64,000 nt of DNA from Spirochaetia bacterium (GTDB lineage Bacteria > Spirochaetota > Spirochaetia > SZUA-6 > Bin103), in the NCBI GenBank assembly GCA_965215345.1, contig CBDCDL010000001.1:580328-644327 (forward strand). Direction: 5' to 3'. Under the pieces are notes generated by a model. That model searched no databases. It was not told where the DNA came from and saw only the letters and a program-made list of their open reading frames with translations. Below, in pieces: positions 49,826 through 58,490 of the stretch. The translations under genes and the position numbers were made by a program. Numbering within the stretch: position 1 is the stretch's first letter; every line of letters begins with the position of its first letter.

Positions 49826-51416
49826 GCAGGCGGCGGAGCCTGGAACGCGAGGCGCGCCGCGCCTCATGTTCTACAACGACGGCCGCCACCCCCTGATCTA
49901 CCAGTTCGAGCCGCCGATCCGGACGGACGAGCTCGAGATCGCGGTCGACGAGCTGGCGGGCACGCCGGTCGACGCGTTGATGTTCTGCCTGGGCGACGGC
50001 CGCACGGTGCTGCACGACTCCGAGGTCGGCGAGCTCTGGGGCCACAACGTGGCGAGCTGGCCGCACGCGATCTTTCACCGCGCGCACCGCAACGCCAGGG
50101 GGGTGATCGAATCCGGGCACGACCCGCTGCGCGTCGTCTGCGATCGCGCACACGCCAAGGGCATGCGCTTCTACCCGACGCTGCTGGTGCAGAACGGCCG
50201 CGGCGGCGGGGACGACGACGTGCGCTGCTCGGACTTCCGGTTCGCCAACGCTCATCTCGAGATCGGGGCGGACGGCGCGCTGCCGCCCGACCACCCCGGC
50301 GCGCGCTGCCTGGACTTCGCCCATGCCGAGGTGCGCGACGAGCGCTTCGCTCTGATCGAGGAGACCCTCGGCCGCTACCCCGTGGACGGGTTCGAGCTGC
50401 AGCTCGCCTATCGACACTGGTACTTCCATCCGGACGCCGCCGACGCCGGCCGGCGGACCATGACCGAGTGGATCGAGCGGGTGCACGCGGCGGTCAAGGC
50501 GGGCGGCGCCGAGCGGGAGCTGGTCGTGCGGGTGCCGGCCAGCATCGAGGGGTGCCGCAGTTTCGGCCTCGACGTCGCGGAGTGGCTGCGTCTCGGACTG
50601 GTCGACGTGGTCGTGGCCGAGGCCTTCGGGGGCCCGGAGATCCTCGACTCGACCATGGACCTTCGCCCGCTGGTGGGCGCCGCGCAGGGCACGCGGGGCA
50701 GGGTGCATGCCGCCCTGCTCCGCCTGGTCGACTCGGACCGCGTGGCCGCGGCGCCGATCGAGATGGTGCGGGCGGCCGCCGCCAACTACTGGGACCAGGG
50801 GGTGGACGGCCTGTACCTGGCCTACTGGCACGCGGCTTGGCCGCACGGCGCCGACTTCTACGAGATGCTGCGCGAGCTGCCGCACCCCGACGTCATGGCC
50901 GCCAAGGACAAGGTCTACTTCGTCCCCACGGCCACCGGCCGCTTCCCCGACCCGCAGACGGAGCCCGGCGTGGACCGGCAGCTCCCGGCGCCGCTGACGT
51001 CCGGACAGCCAGCCCGCGTGACGTTTTTGGTGAGCGACGACCTGTCCCGCCATGACGCCGCCGGCAGGCTCCACCAAGTCCTGCTGCGCGTGCGGGTCAC
51101 CGGCGTCAGCGAGCGGGACCGCCTGACCATCCGCCTCAACGGCGCGGTGCTGCCGTCGACCGCTGGCCGCCTCATCAACCTGACGGCCAACACAAGCTGG
51201 ACCCGCTACCGGGTGGCCGGCTACTGGTACCTGTTTTCGCTTGCCGCCGACCACTGGCCAGGACGCGGCCGCAACGCGCTGGAGGTCACGCTCGACGAAG
51301 CGGATCCCGAACTGGCCACGCCGCGTGCGCTGCACGACGTCGAGCTCAAGATCGACTACCTGATCGGCAAGCGCTTCACCCGCGACCGCGACCCCGACCT
51401 GGGGCCGTTCACCTGA
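49818..51416 (+). CDS. GHL10-like TIM-barrel protein with C-terminal beta domain
   Basis: MFYNDG, DPLRVVCDRAHAKGM, LDFAHAEVR, YPVDGFEL, GVDGLYL. Confidence 0.7.
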   Translation: MPEQAAEPGTRGAPRLMFYNDGRHPLIYQFEPPIRTDELEIAVDELAGTPVDALMFCLGDGRTVLHDSEVGELWGHNVASWPHAIFHRAHRNARGVIESGHDPLRVVCDRAHAKGMRFYPTLLVQNGRGGGDDDVRCSDFRFANAHLEIGADGALPPDHPGARCLDFAHAEVRDERFALIEETLGRYPVDGFELQLAYRHWYFHPDAADAGRRTMTEWIERVHAAVKAGGAERELVVRVPASIEGCRSFGLDVAEWLRLGLVDVVVAEAFGGPEILDSTMDLRPLVGAAQGTRGRVHAALLRLVDSDRVAAAPIEMVRAAAANYWDQGVDGLYLAYWHAAWPHGADFYEMLRELPHPDVMAAKDKVYFVPTATGRFPDPQTEPGVDRQLPAPLTSGQPARVTFLVSDDLSRHDAAGRLHQVLLRVRVTGVSERDRLTIRLNGAVLPSTAGRLINLTANTSWTRYRVAGYWYLFSLAADHWPGRGRNALEVTLDEADPELATPRALHDVELKIDYLIGKRFTRDRDPDLGPFT

Positions 51417-51475
51417 GGTTCACCGGCACTTTACTGCCGCCGTTCAATCAAGGAAGACTGCAAATCGACGAAACC

Positions 51476-52081
51476 ATGACCGCAACGACCTCCCAGGAAG
51501 CGCTGAACGCCCTCCTGTGCGCCGTGATGCCGCCGCAAGGACACTGGACCGAAGAGCAGTACCTGTGGCTCACGGACCGAACCCGCCGCATGGTCGAGTT
51601 CACCGACGGTCGGATCGAGGAACTGCCCATGCCCACCATCGTGCATCAAGCCATCCTTTCGTTCCTGCACGACCTGTTCAAGGCGTACCTCGGACCTCGT
51701 GGCGGGTTCGTGCTGTTCGCGGGCCTGCGCGTGCGCGTTCGTGAGGGCAAGTTCCGAGAGCCCGACGTGGCGGCGCTCTGCGACCGCTCGGACGCTCGCA
51801 ACCAGGAGCGCTACTGGCTGGGCGCGGACTTGGTGGTGGAGGTCGTCAGTGCCGACGACCCGGACCGCGACCTCGTGGTCAAGCGCGCCGACTACGCGGA
51901 GGCGAACATCCCCGAGTACTGGATCGTGGAACCGGACGGGGAGACCGTCACCGTGCTGACCCTCGCCGGCGGCGCTTACGTGGAACACGGCGTTTTCTCC
52001 TGCGGAGAAGCAGCGACCTCGCCGCTGCTGGAGGGCTTGGCCCTTGACGTGACGAACATGTTCCGTTTCGCCAAGGCATAG
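51476..52081 (+). CDS. Uma2-family putative endonuclease (copy 1)
   Basis: EFTDGRI, HQ, REPDV, DLVVEVVS, KRADYA...IPEYWIV. Confidence 0.9.
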   Translation: MTATTSQEALNALLCAVMPPQGHWTEEQYLWLTDRTRRMVEFTDGRIEELPMPTIVHQAILSFLHDLFKAYLGPRGGFVLFAGLRVRVREGKFREPDVAALCDRSDARNQERYWLGADLVVEVVSADDPDRDLVVKRADYAEANIPEYWIVEPDGETVTVLTLAGGAYVEHGVFSCGEAATSPLLEGLALDVTNMFRFAKA

Positions 52082-52088
52082 CCGCCGT

Positions 52089-55000
52089 TCACGCGGGCCG
52101 GCTGATGTCGAGGACTACCACGGAAATTTTCCGTCGTTCGGCGTCCGAGAGCGACCCTTCCACACGCGCCTGCAATTCGCGGGGGCCGGTGGGAGGCGGG
52201 CCGGTCGGCGGAGGCTGCGTATCGTCTTGCCCCAACCAGAACACCACGTAGATGCCGTATCCACCGGTCGCCGGGTCGCGAGCATATTTGGCGATCAACT
52301 GGTCGTGAGCGGCGCTCCAGAGGTCTCTATGGCCGTTCCTCTTGATCTCTACCGGTACTTCAACGTTCCCACACCCAACGACGATGTCGGCACGGTTGTC
52401 ATCGGCATATGACCCTTCTCTTCGTGCGGTGACGTTCCCGGGGAGCAGCCGCTTCAGATCGGACAACAGCGCATCCCGGCAGACGTTCTCGGGTCTCGGT
52501 TGCAGCGCCTTTCCGTATTGGTCGACATTCCAATACTGCCGCCAGTCATCCGTGTTGCCGTCGCGGATCCCACGTGCAAGTCCAAGCAACCGGTCGATCA
52601 GCAGTGCTGCCAAGTCTTCGGCATTGGCAGGAGTGCCGTCACTCAACGTGGTACACACCGCTGTGGGCGTCGGGTGGCGGTACTCGGCGTCACGACGGAG
52701 CCCTCGCTGGCGTTTCAGAGCGTCAGTCAAGTAGCGCCGCCAGGGTTGGAGGTTTGCGCTGGATGCCAGCCTGTCCAGCGCATCGCTTGCCTCGCGGTCA
52801 GGTCGGTCGGCTAGGGCCCGTACCATGTCGTGGACGCGTGACGCGGGATCACGGAGCGACGGACGAGGCGACGCGGCCGGTTCAGGCATCGCGACGGCAC
52901 TGCCTAACAGCCTGATGAGCCACTCGAGCATCGGTGTGGGCAGTCGATCGGAGGGGTGAGCTCTGTAGCGGCATACATAGTTCTCAACGATAGAGATGCG
53001 GCGCTCGTGGCGGCCGACGAACTCCTGCAAGCGGCCGAGGTAGCGTCCGGGGTCCGCAACGGCGCCGGACGCCAGCCAGTGCACCCGCTGAGGATCTCTC
53101 ATCGTCGTTCGGTTCAGCTTCACGTCGATCAGGTTTAGTGCCGCGGTTCTCTCATACAGCATGCCCGCGCGTAGCAACTCGTCCAGCATTTCCAGACCCT
53201 GCGGTTGACCGCAGCGCACGGGGAAGGAGTGCAACAACGGCAGTGCTGCGTGGCGGGCAACCGTTGCATACTCGTCGGCGGCTAGTCGTTCGACGATTCG
53301 ATCGCCGTACACGCCGGCTCGCATCTTGGCTCGTACGTGCTGCTCCAATACTTCGGCGGCGATCCGCGGAGCAGTCTGAAGCAATCGCCGTTCCCGGTCC
53401 AGGGCTGTGCCGTTGGTCGGCGTGCAGAACTGAAATGCGCATGCTTGCTTCAGTTGGCGGTCGTTCAATTGACCGAGATCATCCATTTCGTCGAGCGCCG
53501 CCAAGAACGGCAGCGCAATCATGTAATTCTCGTCGGTTGTGGCCAAGCTCACGATAGCGCGCGGCTCGGGGACGTCAGCTCGCAGGGGTGTGCGTCGCAA
53601 CCCGGCAAACGCTGCGTCTACCAGATCCCTCTCACCACCGAAGAGACTGCAAATGCGTTGACGCGGACTCTCGCCATCTATATCGGAGAACAGACCGAAA
53701 TACGCCTTTGCGAGGTGATGAAGTAGCTGTACGCCGCCCCGATTATCGATCAAAGCTTCGACATGAGGCCGAACGCCCTCCACGAATTCGAGCCGTTTTC
53801 GCTTGCGACTTTCCCAATAACTCTGTCGTCTCCGCAGGCTATCGACATAATCTTTCCCAATGGTGGAACAGCCCAGACGTCTCTCAAGAGGGTCGCTGTC
53901 GTTCCTGCGCTCCAGCAGGCCGTCGCAGGGCACGCCTCGATCCCGCGCCTGGCTGAGGTAGAACTCGGCTATTCTGCGATCCTTCGCTGTCTTGGCCTGA
54001 TCGAGGCACCAGATGCCGAAGTCGGAGAAGAGATCAGTGATGTGCAGGAGTTCCCGGATTTCAGCGATCAGAAGCACACCGGTCGATTTTGTCACGTATT
54101 CCGAGACGATCGCCTTCTGCATCTCCGGACGATGTTCGAACCAAGCGCCAATCCGGTGAGCTGCCTCTTTTGAGGTCTGATTCGACCGCGGGAGAGTGCT
54201 CACACGCAACCAGGCGAACAATCGCTCGGTCGAGATCGTGCTTCCCCAGCATTCGATGCCCCGAGCCAAGAGCTTGACTACTGCCTCTTTCAGGTGATGA
54301 TTCTCCAGGGCAGCCCTTAGACTGGAATCGCGGGATGACAAACCGTCGAGAAGTTCCGCGACGTCCTCGTCGGTCGAGCGCTCGATCAAATCGGTGCACC
54401 AGAAACGGCGGTAGTATGCGGTATGTTGACTCCCTGATTCCGTGAGGTGATTCCAGATCTTCGCCGGAGAGAGAGCAAGAGGATATAGATGCGTCAAGGC
54501 GATCGCGGTCAGGCTGTTGCCATAGTCGGTGACGTTGCCGCCAGATATTTCCTTCAGGAGTTGCATGAGCCGTTGAGTCACGACGGCTTCGTCGAGACAG
54601 TTGTGCACATACGCCTCCAACGCCATCCAGGAGTGGTTCAGCGCGCAGTTCTTGTCGTACACCATCTTCAGCAGAGTGTCGGCGATGTCGGGGAGCGGTG
54701 CTCCGTACTGGAGCGATAGAAGTACGAGTTGTGTCAGAGCCGACTCAGCCTTCTCACGCGACTCAAGGATGGTCTTGAGTACGGGTTCCATGCCAGGAGT
54801 GGCGACGGATGCTACAGCCCAATCTGGCCACTTCTGAGAGAAGATCTGTGACGCTTCGCTACTCAAGGACTCCAATAGAAGTCGCTTCTCTTCGACGGAG
54901 AAATGCAGGACGTCTCCATATGAAACGACGCCGATCGGATCCCTGCCGATGAGTTCTCGTCGCGCGCTCTCGCACAGAGTCGCAAGCCATGCGGTCAGGC

Positions 55001-56051
55001 CGCGCAGGTTGGTGACCACGCCGCCGTCGTACCCGGTCAAGAGCGCTATGGCGCGTCCCGCCGGGAGACCCTTTCCGATGAGTGCAGCCAGGTGCTTGGC
55101 GCCAAGGAACTCGGCGATGTGGCGGTGAACCGGGATGAAATGTCCGTCGTGCGCGGCCGTGAACAGTTTCGTGGCAAGTGCCCGTTCAAGGAGGTCCGGA
55201 TCTGGGTATCCGCACCGCTCCGGTTCCAGGTAATCGTCGCGGGCATGTCGCTGTCCGCATGCGTATCCGACAGCGCCGGAGACCAGGAGTACGGCGCACA
55301 GCCGTCCGGCAGCATCGAGGAGTTCAGGCGTTGGTGGCCGATGCAACGCTATCGAGTGCTCCTCGTTCGTCTCTTTGATCGTCAGCGCACATGCCTTGTC
55401 GAACAGATCCAGCCGGCTCGTCGGCCACGCTCCTTCTCGATCTATCACATCCGCCAGCAGTAACAGGGTCTGCGGATTCTCGAGCAGGTCGGCGATTCCC
55501 GTTTCGCGTGCCTTCAGGATGAACTCGTTCGCGTCGTCGATGCGCGTTCGGGCATCGACGATCTGCGCAACCTGCGTCTCCGATAGTGGGTCGAGCCCCA
55601 GGACCGTCACGTGCGAGTCTTGCGGTGATACGGACACCAAGTGTCTGCGGTCGTTTCGTCCCAGCCAGTCAGCATGGCGGCATGACAACCGGAAGCGGGG
55701 CTTACCGAGCTTGTCGAGACGGGCGCGAATCTCATCGAACGGCGTGCGCGCGTTGACGGCGTCGACACGAATCTCATCGAGACCGTCGATGAACAGAGTC
55801 TTGCCCCGCCACTCGGGACGGTCGTCCGGGTCGAATGTCGTGAAGTCCCTCGCAGTGATGGAGAGCGCTTCGGCGCCGAGCGCTTCGCATTCCGTACGGA
55901 ACGCAGTGGTCTTGCCGGCGCCGGGATCACCGAGGAGGACGTACGCCGGTTCGTCACGATACGACGCCAACGGACGTGAATCACGCTCCCGGAGCCTGTC
56001 CTCATCCGCAGCGTTAAGCTCGGTGCAGGTGCGCGAGACGGTCAGGCTCAT
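52089..56051 (-). CDS. NACHT (STAND) NTPase with C-terminal PD-(D/E)xK-like nuclease domain
   Basis: LLGDPGAGKTT, LFIDGLDE, RLSCR, NPQTL, FIPVHRHIAEFL; C-terminal RPEN.CRD, RE...RADI...VEIK, DQL..KY, GIYVVFW; ATG 56051 overlaps upstream TGA. Confidence 0.82.
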   Translation of the reverse strand: MSLTVSRTCTELNAADEDRLRERDSRPLASYRDEPAYVLLGDPGAGKTTAFRTECEALGAEALSITARDFTTFDPDDRPEWRGKTLFIDGLDEIRVDAVNARTPFDEIRARLDKLGKPRFRLSCRHADWLGRNDRRHLVSVSPQDSHVTVLGLDPLSETQVAQIVDARTRIDDANEFILKARETGIADLLENPQTLLLLADVIDREGAWPTSRLDLFDKACALTIKETNEEHSIALHRPPTPELLDAAGRLCAVLLVSGAVGYACGQRHARDDYLEPERCGYPDPDLLERALATKLFTAAHDGHFIPVHRHIAEFLGAKHLAALIGKGLPAGRAIALLTGYDGGVVTNLRGLTAWLATLCESARRELIGRDPIGVVSYGDVLHFSVEEKRLLLESLSSEASQIFSQKWPDWAVASVATPGMEPVLKTILESREKAESALTQLVLLSLQYGAPLPDIADTLLKMVYDKNCALNHSWMALEAYVHNCLDEAVVTQRLMQLLKEISGGNVTDYGNSLTAIALTHLYPLALSPAKIWNHLTESGSQHTAYYRRFWCTDLIERSTDEDVAELLDGLSSRDSSLRAALENHHLKEAVVKLLARGIECWGSTISTERLFAWLRVSTLPRSNQTSKEAAHRIGAWFEHRPEMQKAIVSEYVTKSTGVLLIAEIRELLHITDLFSDFGIWCLDQAKTAKDRRIAEFYLSQARDRGVPCDGLLERRNDSDPLERRLGCSTIGKDYVDSLRRRQSYWESRKRKRLEFVEGVRPHVEALIDNRGGVQLLHHLAKAYFGLFSDIDGESPRQRICSLFGGERDLVDAAFAGLRRTPLRADVPEPRAIVSLATTDENYMIALPFLAALDEMDDLGQLNDRQLKQACAFQFCTPTNGTALDRERRLLQTAPRIAAEVLEQHVRAKMRAGVYGDRIVERLAADEYATVARHAALPLLHSFPVRCGQPQGLEMLDELLRAGMLYERTAALNLIDVKLNRTTMRDPQRVHWLASGAVADPGRYLGRLQEFVGRHERRISIVENYVCRYRAHPSDRLPTPMLEWLIRLLGSAVAMPEPAASPRPSLRDPASRVHDMVRALADRPDREASDALDRLASSANLQPWRRYLTDALKRQRGLRRDAEYRHPTPTAVCTTLSDGTPANAEDLAALLIDRLLGLARGIRDGNTDDWRQYWNVDQYGKALQPRPENVCRDALLSDLKRLLPGNVTARREGSYADDNRADIVVGCGNVEVPVEIKRNGHRDLWSAAHDQLIAKYARDPATGGYGIYVVFWLGQDDTQPPPTGPPPTGPRELQARVEGSLSDAERRKISVVVLDISRPA

Positions 56052-57298
56052 GTTTCGTCGAACCATGTAGCGGCGGGTGCCGTGAGAAACTCGTTGAGTG
56101 GGATCCCGTTTTCGCCCACGAGCAACGTCGTCGCCCTACGGAACCGTTCCGCAAACGCCTCCAATGCTCGTGAATCCGAGCGCCGCGGTGGGCCGCTCTT
56201 GACTTCGATGGCGACGAGCTTGGGGCCGCGCTGCAGAACGAAGTCGACCTCGCGCGTACGGTCCCTCCAGTAGCGTATGCGGATGTCGGAAGTGGCCGTA
56301 TTGTACAGGTGGGCGCCCACCGCGCTTTCCACGATGCGCCCCCAGTACGTCCGGTCCGCCTGCGCTTCGGCGAAGGAGTAACCGGAGTCTGCCGTCATCA
56401 GTGCCGTGTTGAGCACGTTGAGCTTGGGGCTGGATGCGCGGCGCGTCACGGCGCTCCCCGCGTACTTCTGCAGGCCAATGATCAGACCGGCGCTGCCCAG
56501 CAGGTCGAGGTAGCGTGCCAACGTGGTCGTATTGCCGGCGTCCCGGAGCTGGCCCAGCATCTTCGTGTAGGAGAGCACTTGCCCCGAATGGGCAGCGGTC
56601 AATTCGACAAGCCGTTGCAGCAGCACCGGCTTGTCGACCCGGGTCAGTGCGAGAAGGTCGCGCTCGACGGTCGGCTCGATGATTGCGCCACGTACGTAGT
56701 TGCGCCAGCGCGCCTCGTCACGCGCCAGGCCGGCGGCGCCCGGGTAACCCCCGAAGTAGAGATAAGCGGGAAGGTCGAATCCGAATGCCGTCGCCATCTC
56801 CGCGAACGACCAGTGGGGAACAGCGATCGGCTCGAAACGCCCGGTGAGGCTCTCACTCAGCCCCGACTGCATGCGCAACGGCGCGGAACCCAGGATCACG
56901 ACGTGCAGCGGGCAGCCCCTGGCGCGGTCGGCATCCCAGAGTCCCTTGACGGTTTCTGACCACCCCGGGATCTTGTGAACCTCGTCTATTGCCAGGACGC
57001 AGCCCTCGGCCCGGCGTTCCGCGTCGAGCCGTGCCGCTTCCCAATTGCGCACCAACCACCGCGTGTCGCGTTTCTCCTGAACCCCCACCGTCAGGCTGTC
57101 CTCTGCCGACACCAAGGGGCCGAGCCCGGCGGGGTCGGGTTCGTCGACGGGAAGATAGTGGTCGATCGAACGCAGTACGGTGTCGACGATCGTGGTCTTT
57201 CCGGTCTGCCGGGGACCGAACAGTGCGATGATCCGTTCCGGAGGCTCACGCAAGCGCTCGGTCAGAGTCGCCACCTGAGCGCGTTGGAACGCCGCCAT
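56048..57298 (-). CDS. AAA_14 ATPase with wHTH and DUF4143 domain
   Basis: GPRQTGKTT, AIDEVHK, LGS, ESLTGRF, GGYP, VESAV, EVDFV...IEVKSG. Confidence 0.9.
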   Translation of the reverse strand: MAAFQRAQVATLTERLREPPERIIALFGPRQTGKTTIVDTVLRSIDHYLPVDEPDPAGLGPLVSAEDSLTVGVQEKRDTRWLVRNWEAARLDAERRAEGCVLAIDEVHKIPGWSETVKGLWDADRARGCPLHVVILGSAPLRMQSGLSESLTGRFEPIAVPHWSFAEMATAFGFDLPAYLYFGGYPGAAGLARDEARWRNYVRGAIIEPTVERDLLALTRVDKPVLLQRLVELTAAHSGQVLSYTKMLGQLRDAGNTTTLARYLDLLGSAGLIIGLQKYAGSAVTRRASSPKLNVLNTALMTADSGYSFAEAQADRTYWGRIVESAVGAHLYNTATSDIRIRYWRDRTREVDFVLQRGPKLVAIEVKSGPPRRSDSRALEAFAERFRRATTLLVGENGIPLNEFLTAPAATWFDET

Positions 57299-57304
57299 GG
57301 CGGC

Positions 57305-57336
57305 AATGTACGCTATTGAGTAATTTTACTCAATAG
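57305..57336 (-). promoter_or_regulatory. -10 box TACATT plus 24-bp palindromic operator CTATTGAGTAA-TT-TTACTCAATAG
   Basis: Perfect 11-bp arms at 57313-57323 and 57326-57336; -10 box 6 nt upstream of ATG 57298. Confidence 0.75.
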
Positions 57337-58489
57337 ATGAATCAGATCCCGTGCCGAGGTGCTTGCGGAGCTCGCGCAGGTACCACTCCCGGCCCCGGAG
57401 TGGTTTCTTGTGATGCAGACGCGACCGTTTCGGGAGCAGCCGGAGGCTCCGGTCGGCCAGCGGCAGCCGCACCGGCGCATGCCCCTGCCGGTGCGATTCG
57501 CGGATGGCGATCGCCATCTCCAGCACCGCGCGGCCGTTGATGCCGTCGCTCAGCGGGGCGTCGCCCGTGTCGAGCGCGGTCACGAGCTCCTGCACGGTCG
57601 CCGCCTGACGATTGGCGGGAACTAGCCAGCCGTCGCGGCTGCCCTTGTCCCAGTTGCGGATCGACCCTTCAGGGAACACGCCGTCGACCGGCTGCAGCCG
57701 CTGCCAGGAGTCGGGCTCGGCTGCCGGTGCGCCGGGGCCATCGTCCGGGCGGCGCCACATTCGCACCACGTCGGCGCTGACGCGGATCACCCCGCGGCTG
57801 CCGGCCACCTCGATGCCCATGCCGCGGGCGTCGGCGCTGCGGTGCAGGACCGCCTCCGTGCCGGTGACGAAGCGGAAGTAGCCGGCTCCTCCCTGGTCGT
57901 GGTCGCTCTCCGCGTCGTTCGCCATCCAGCCGATCGCCCAGGCGACGTCGGTGTCGCCGGCGAACAGCCGCACCAGGCTCAGCACTTGGCAGCCGCCGCC
58001 GGACAGCTCGGTGCCGCTGCCGCCGGTGGCGGTGATCGAGCTCACCTCGCCGATCTCGCCCGCTTCGATGAGGGCGTGCGCGGTACCGTACTCCGGCAGG
58101 TTGCGGTCCAGGTCGCCGACCGCCAACGAGACGCCGTTCGCCCGGCACGCCTCCACCATGCGGTCGGCGTCCGCCAGGCTGGCCGCCATCGGCTTCTCGC
58201 ACTGCACCGCCCGCACGCCGGCCTGCGCGCATGCCACCACGACATCGGGGTTGGGGCCCACCGGCAGGATCGCGGCGGCGACATCGAGTCGCTCGCGCGC
58301 CAGCATCTCGCGATAGTCGGCGTAACCCGGCACGCCGAACCGGTCGCAGAACAGGCCCAGCGTCTCCGCGTCGGGGTCGGCCGCCGCGACCACCTCGGTC
58401 TGCGGATGGAATCGGTACGCAACCGCGTACTCCACCCCCTTGTGGCCGGGGCCGATGATGCCGACGCGATACCTGGCCACCTCGCCCAT
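57326..58489 (-). CDS. Gfo/Idh/MocA oxidoreductase
   Basis: RVGIIGPG, YADYREML, CEKPMA. Confidence 0.88.
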   Translation of the reverse strand: MGEVARYRVGIIGPGHKGVEYAVAYRFHPQTEVVAAADPDAETLGLFCDRFGVPGYADYREMLARERLDVAAAILPVGPNPDVVVACAQAGVRAVQCEKPMAASLADADRMVEACRANGVSLAVGDLDRNLPEYGTAHALIEAGEIGEVSSITATGGSGTELSGGGCQVLSLVRLFAGDTDVAWAIGWMANDAESDHDQGGAGYFRFVTGTEAVLHRSADARGMGIEVAGSRGVIRVSADVVRMWRRPDDGPGAPAAEPDSWQRLQPVDGVFPEGSIRNWDKGSRDGWLVPANRQAATVQELVTALDTGDAPLSDGINGRAVLEMAIAIRESHRQGHAPVRLPLADRSLRLLPKRSRLHHKKPLRGREWYLRELRKHLGTGSDSSIE

Positions 58490-58490
58490 C

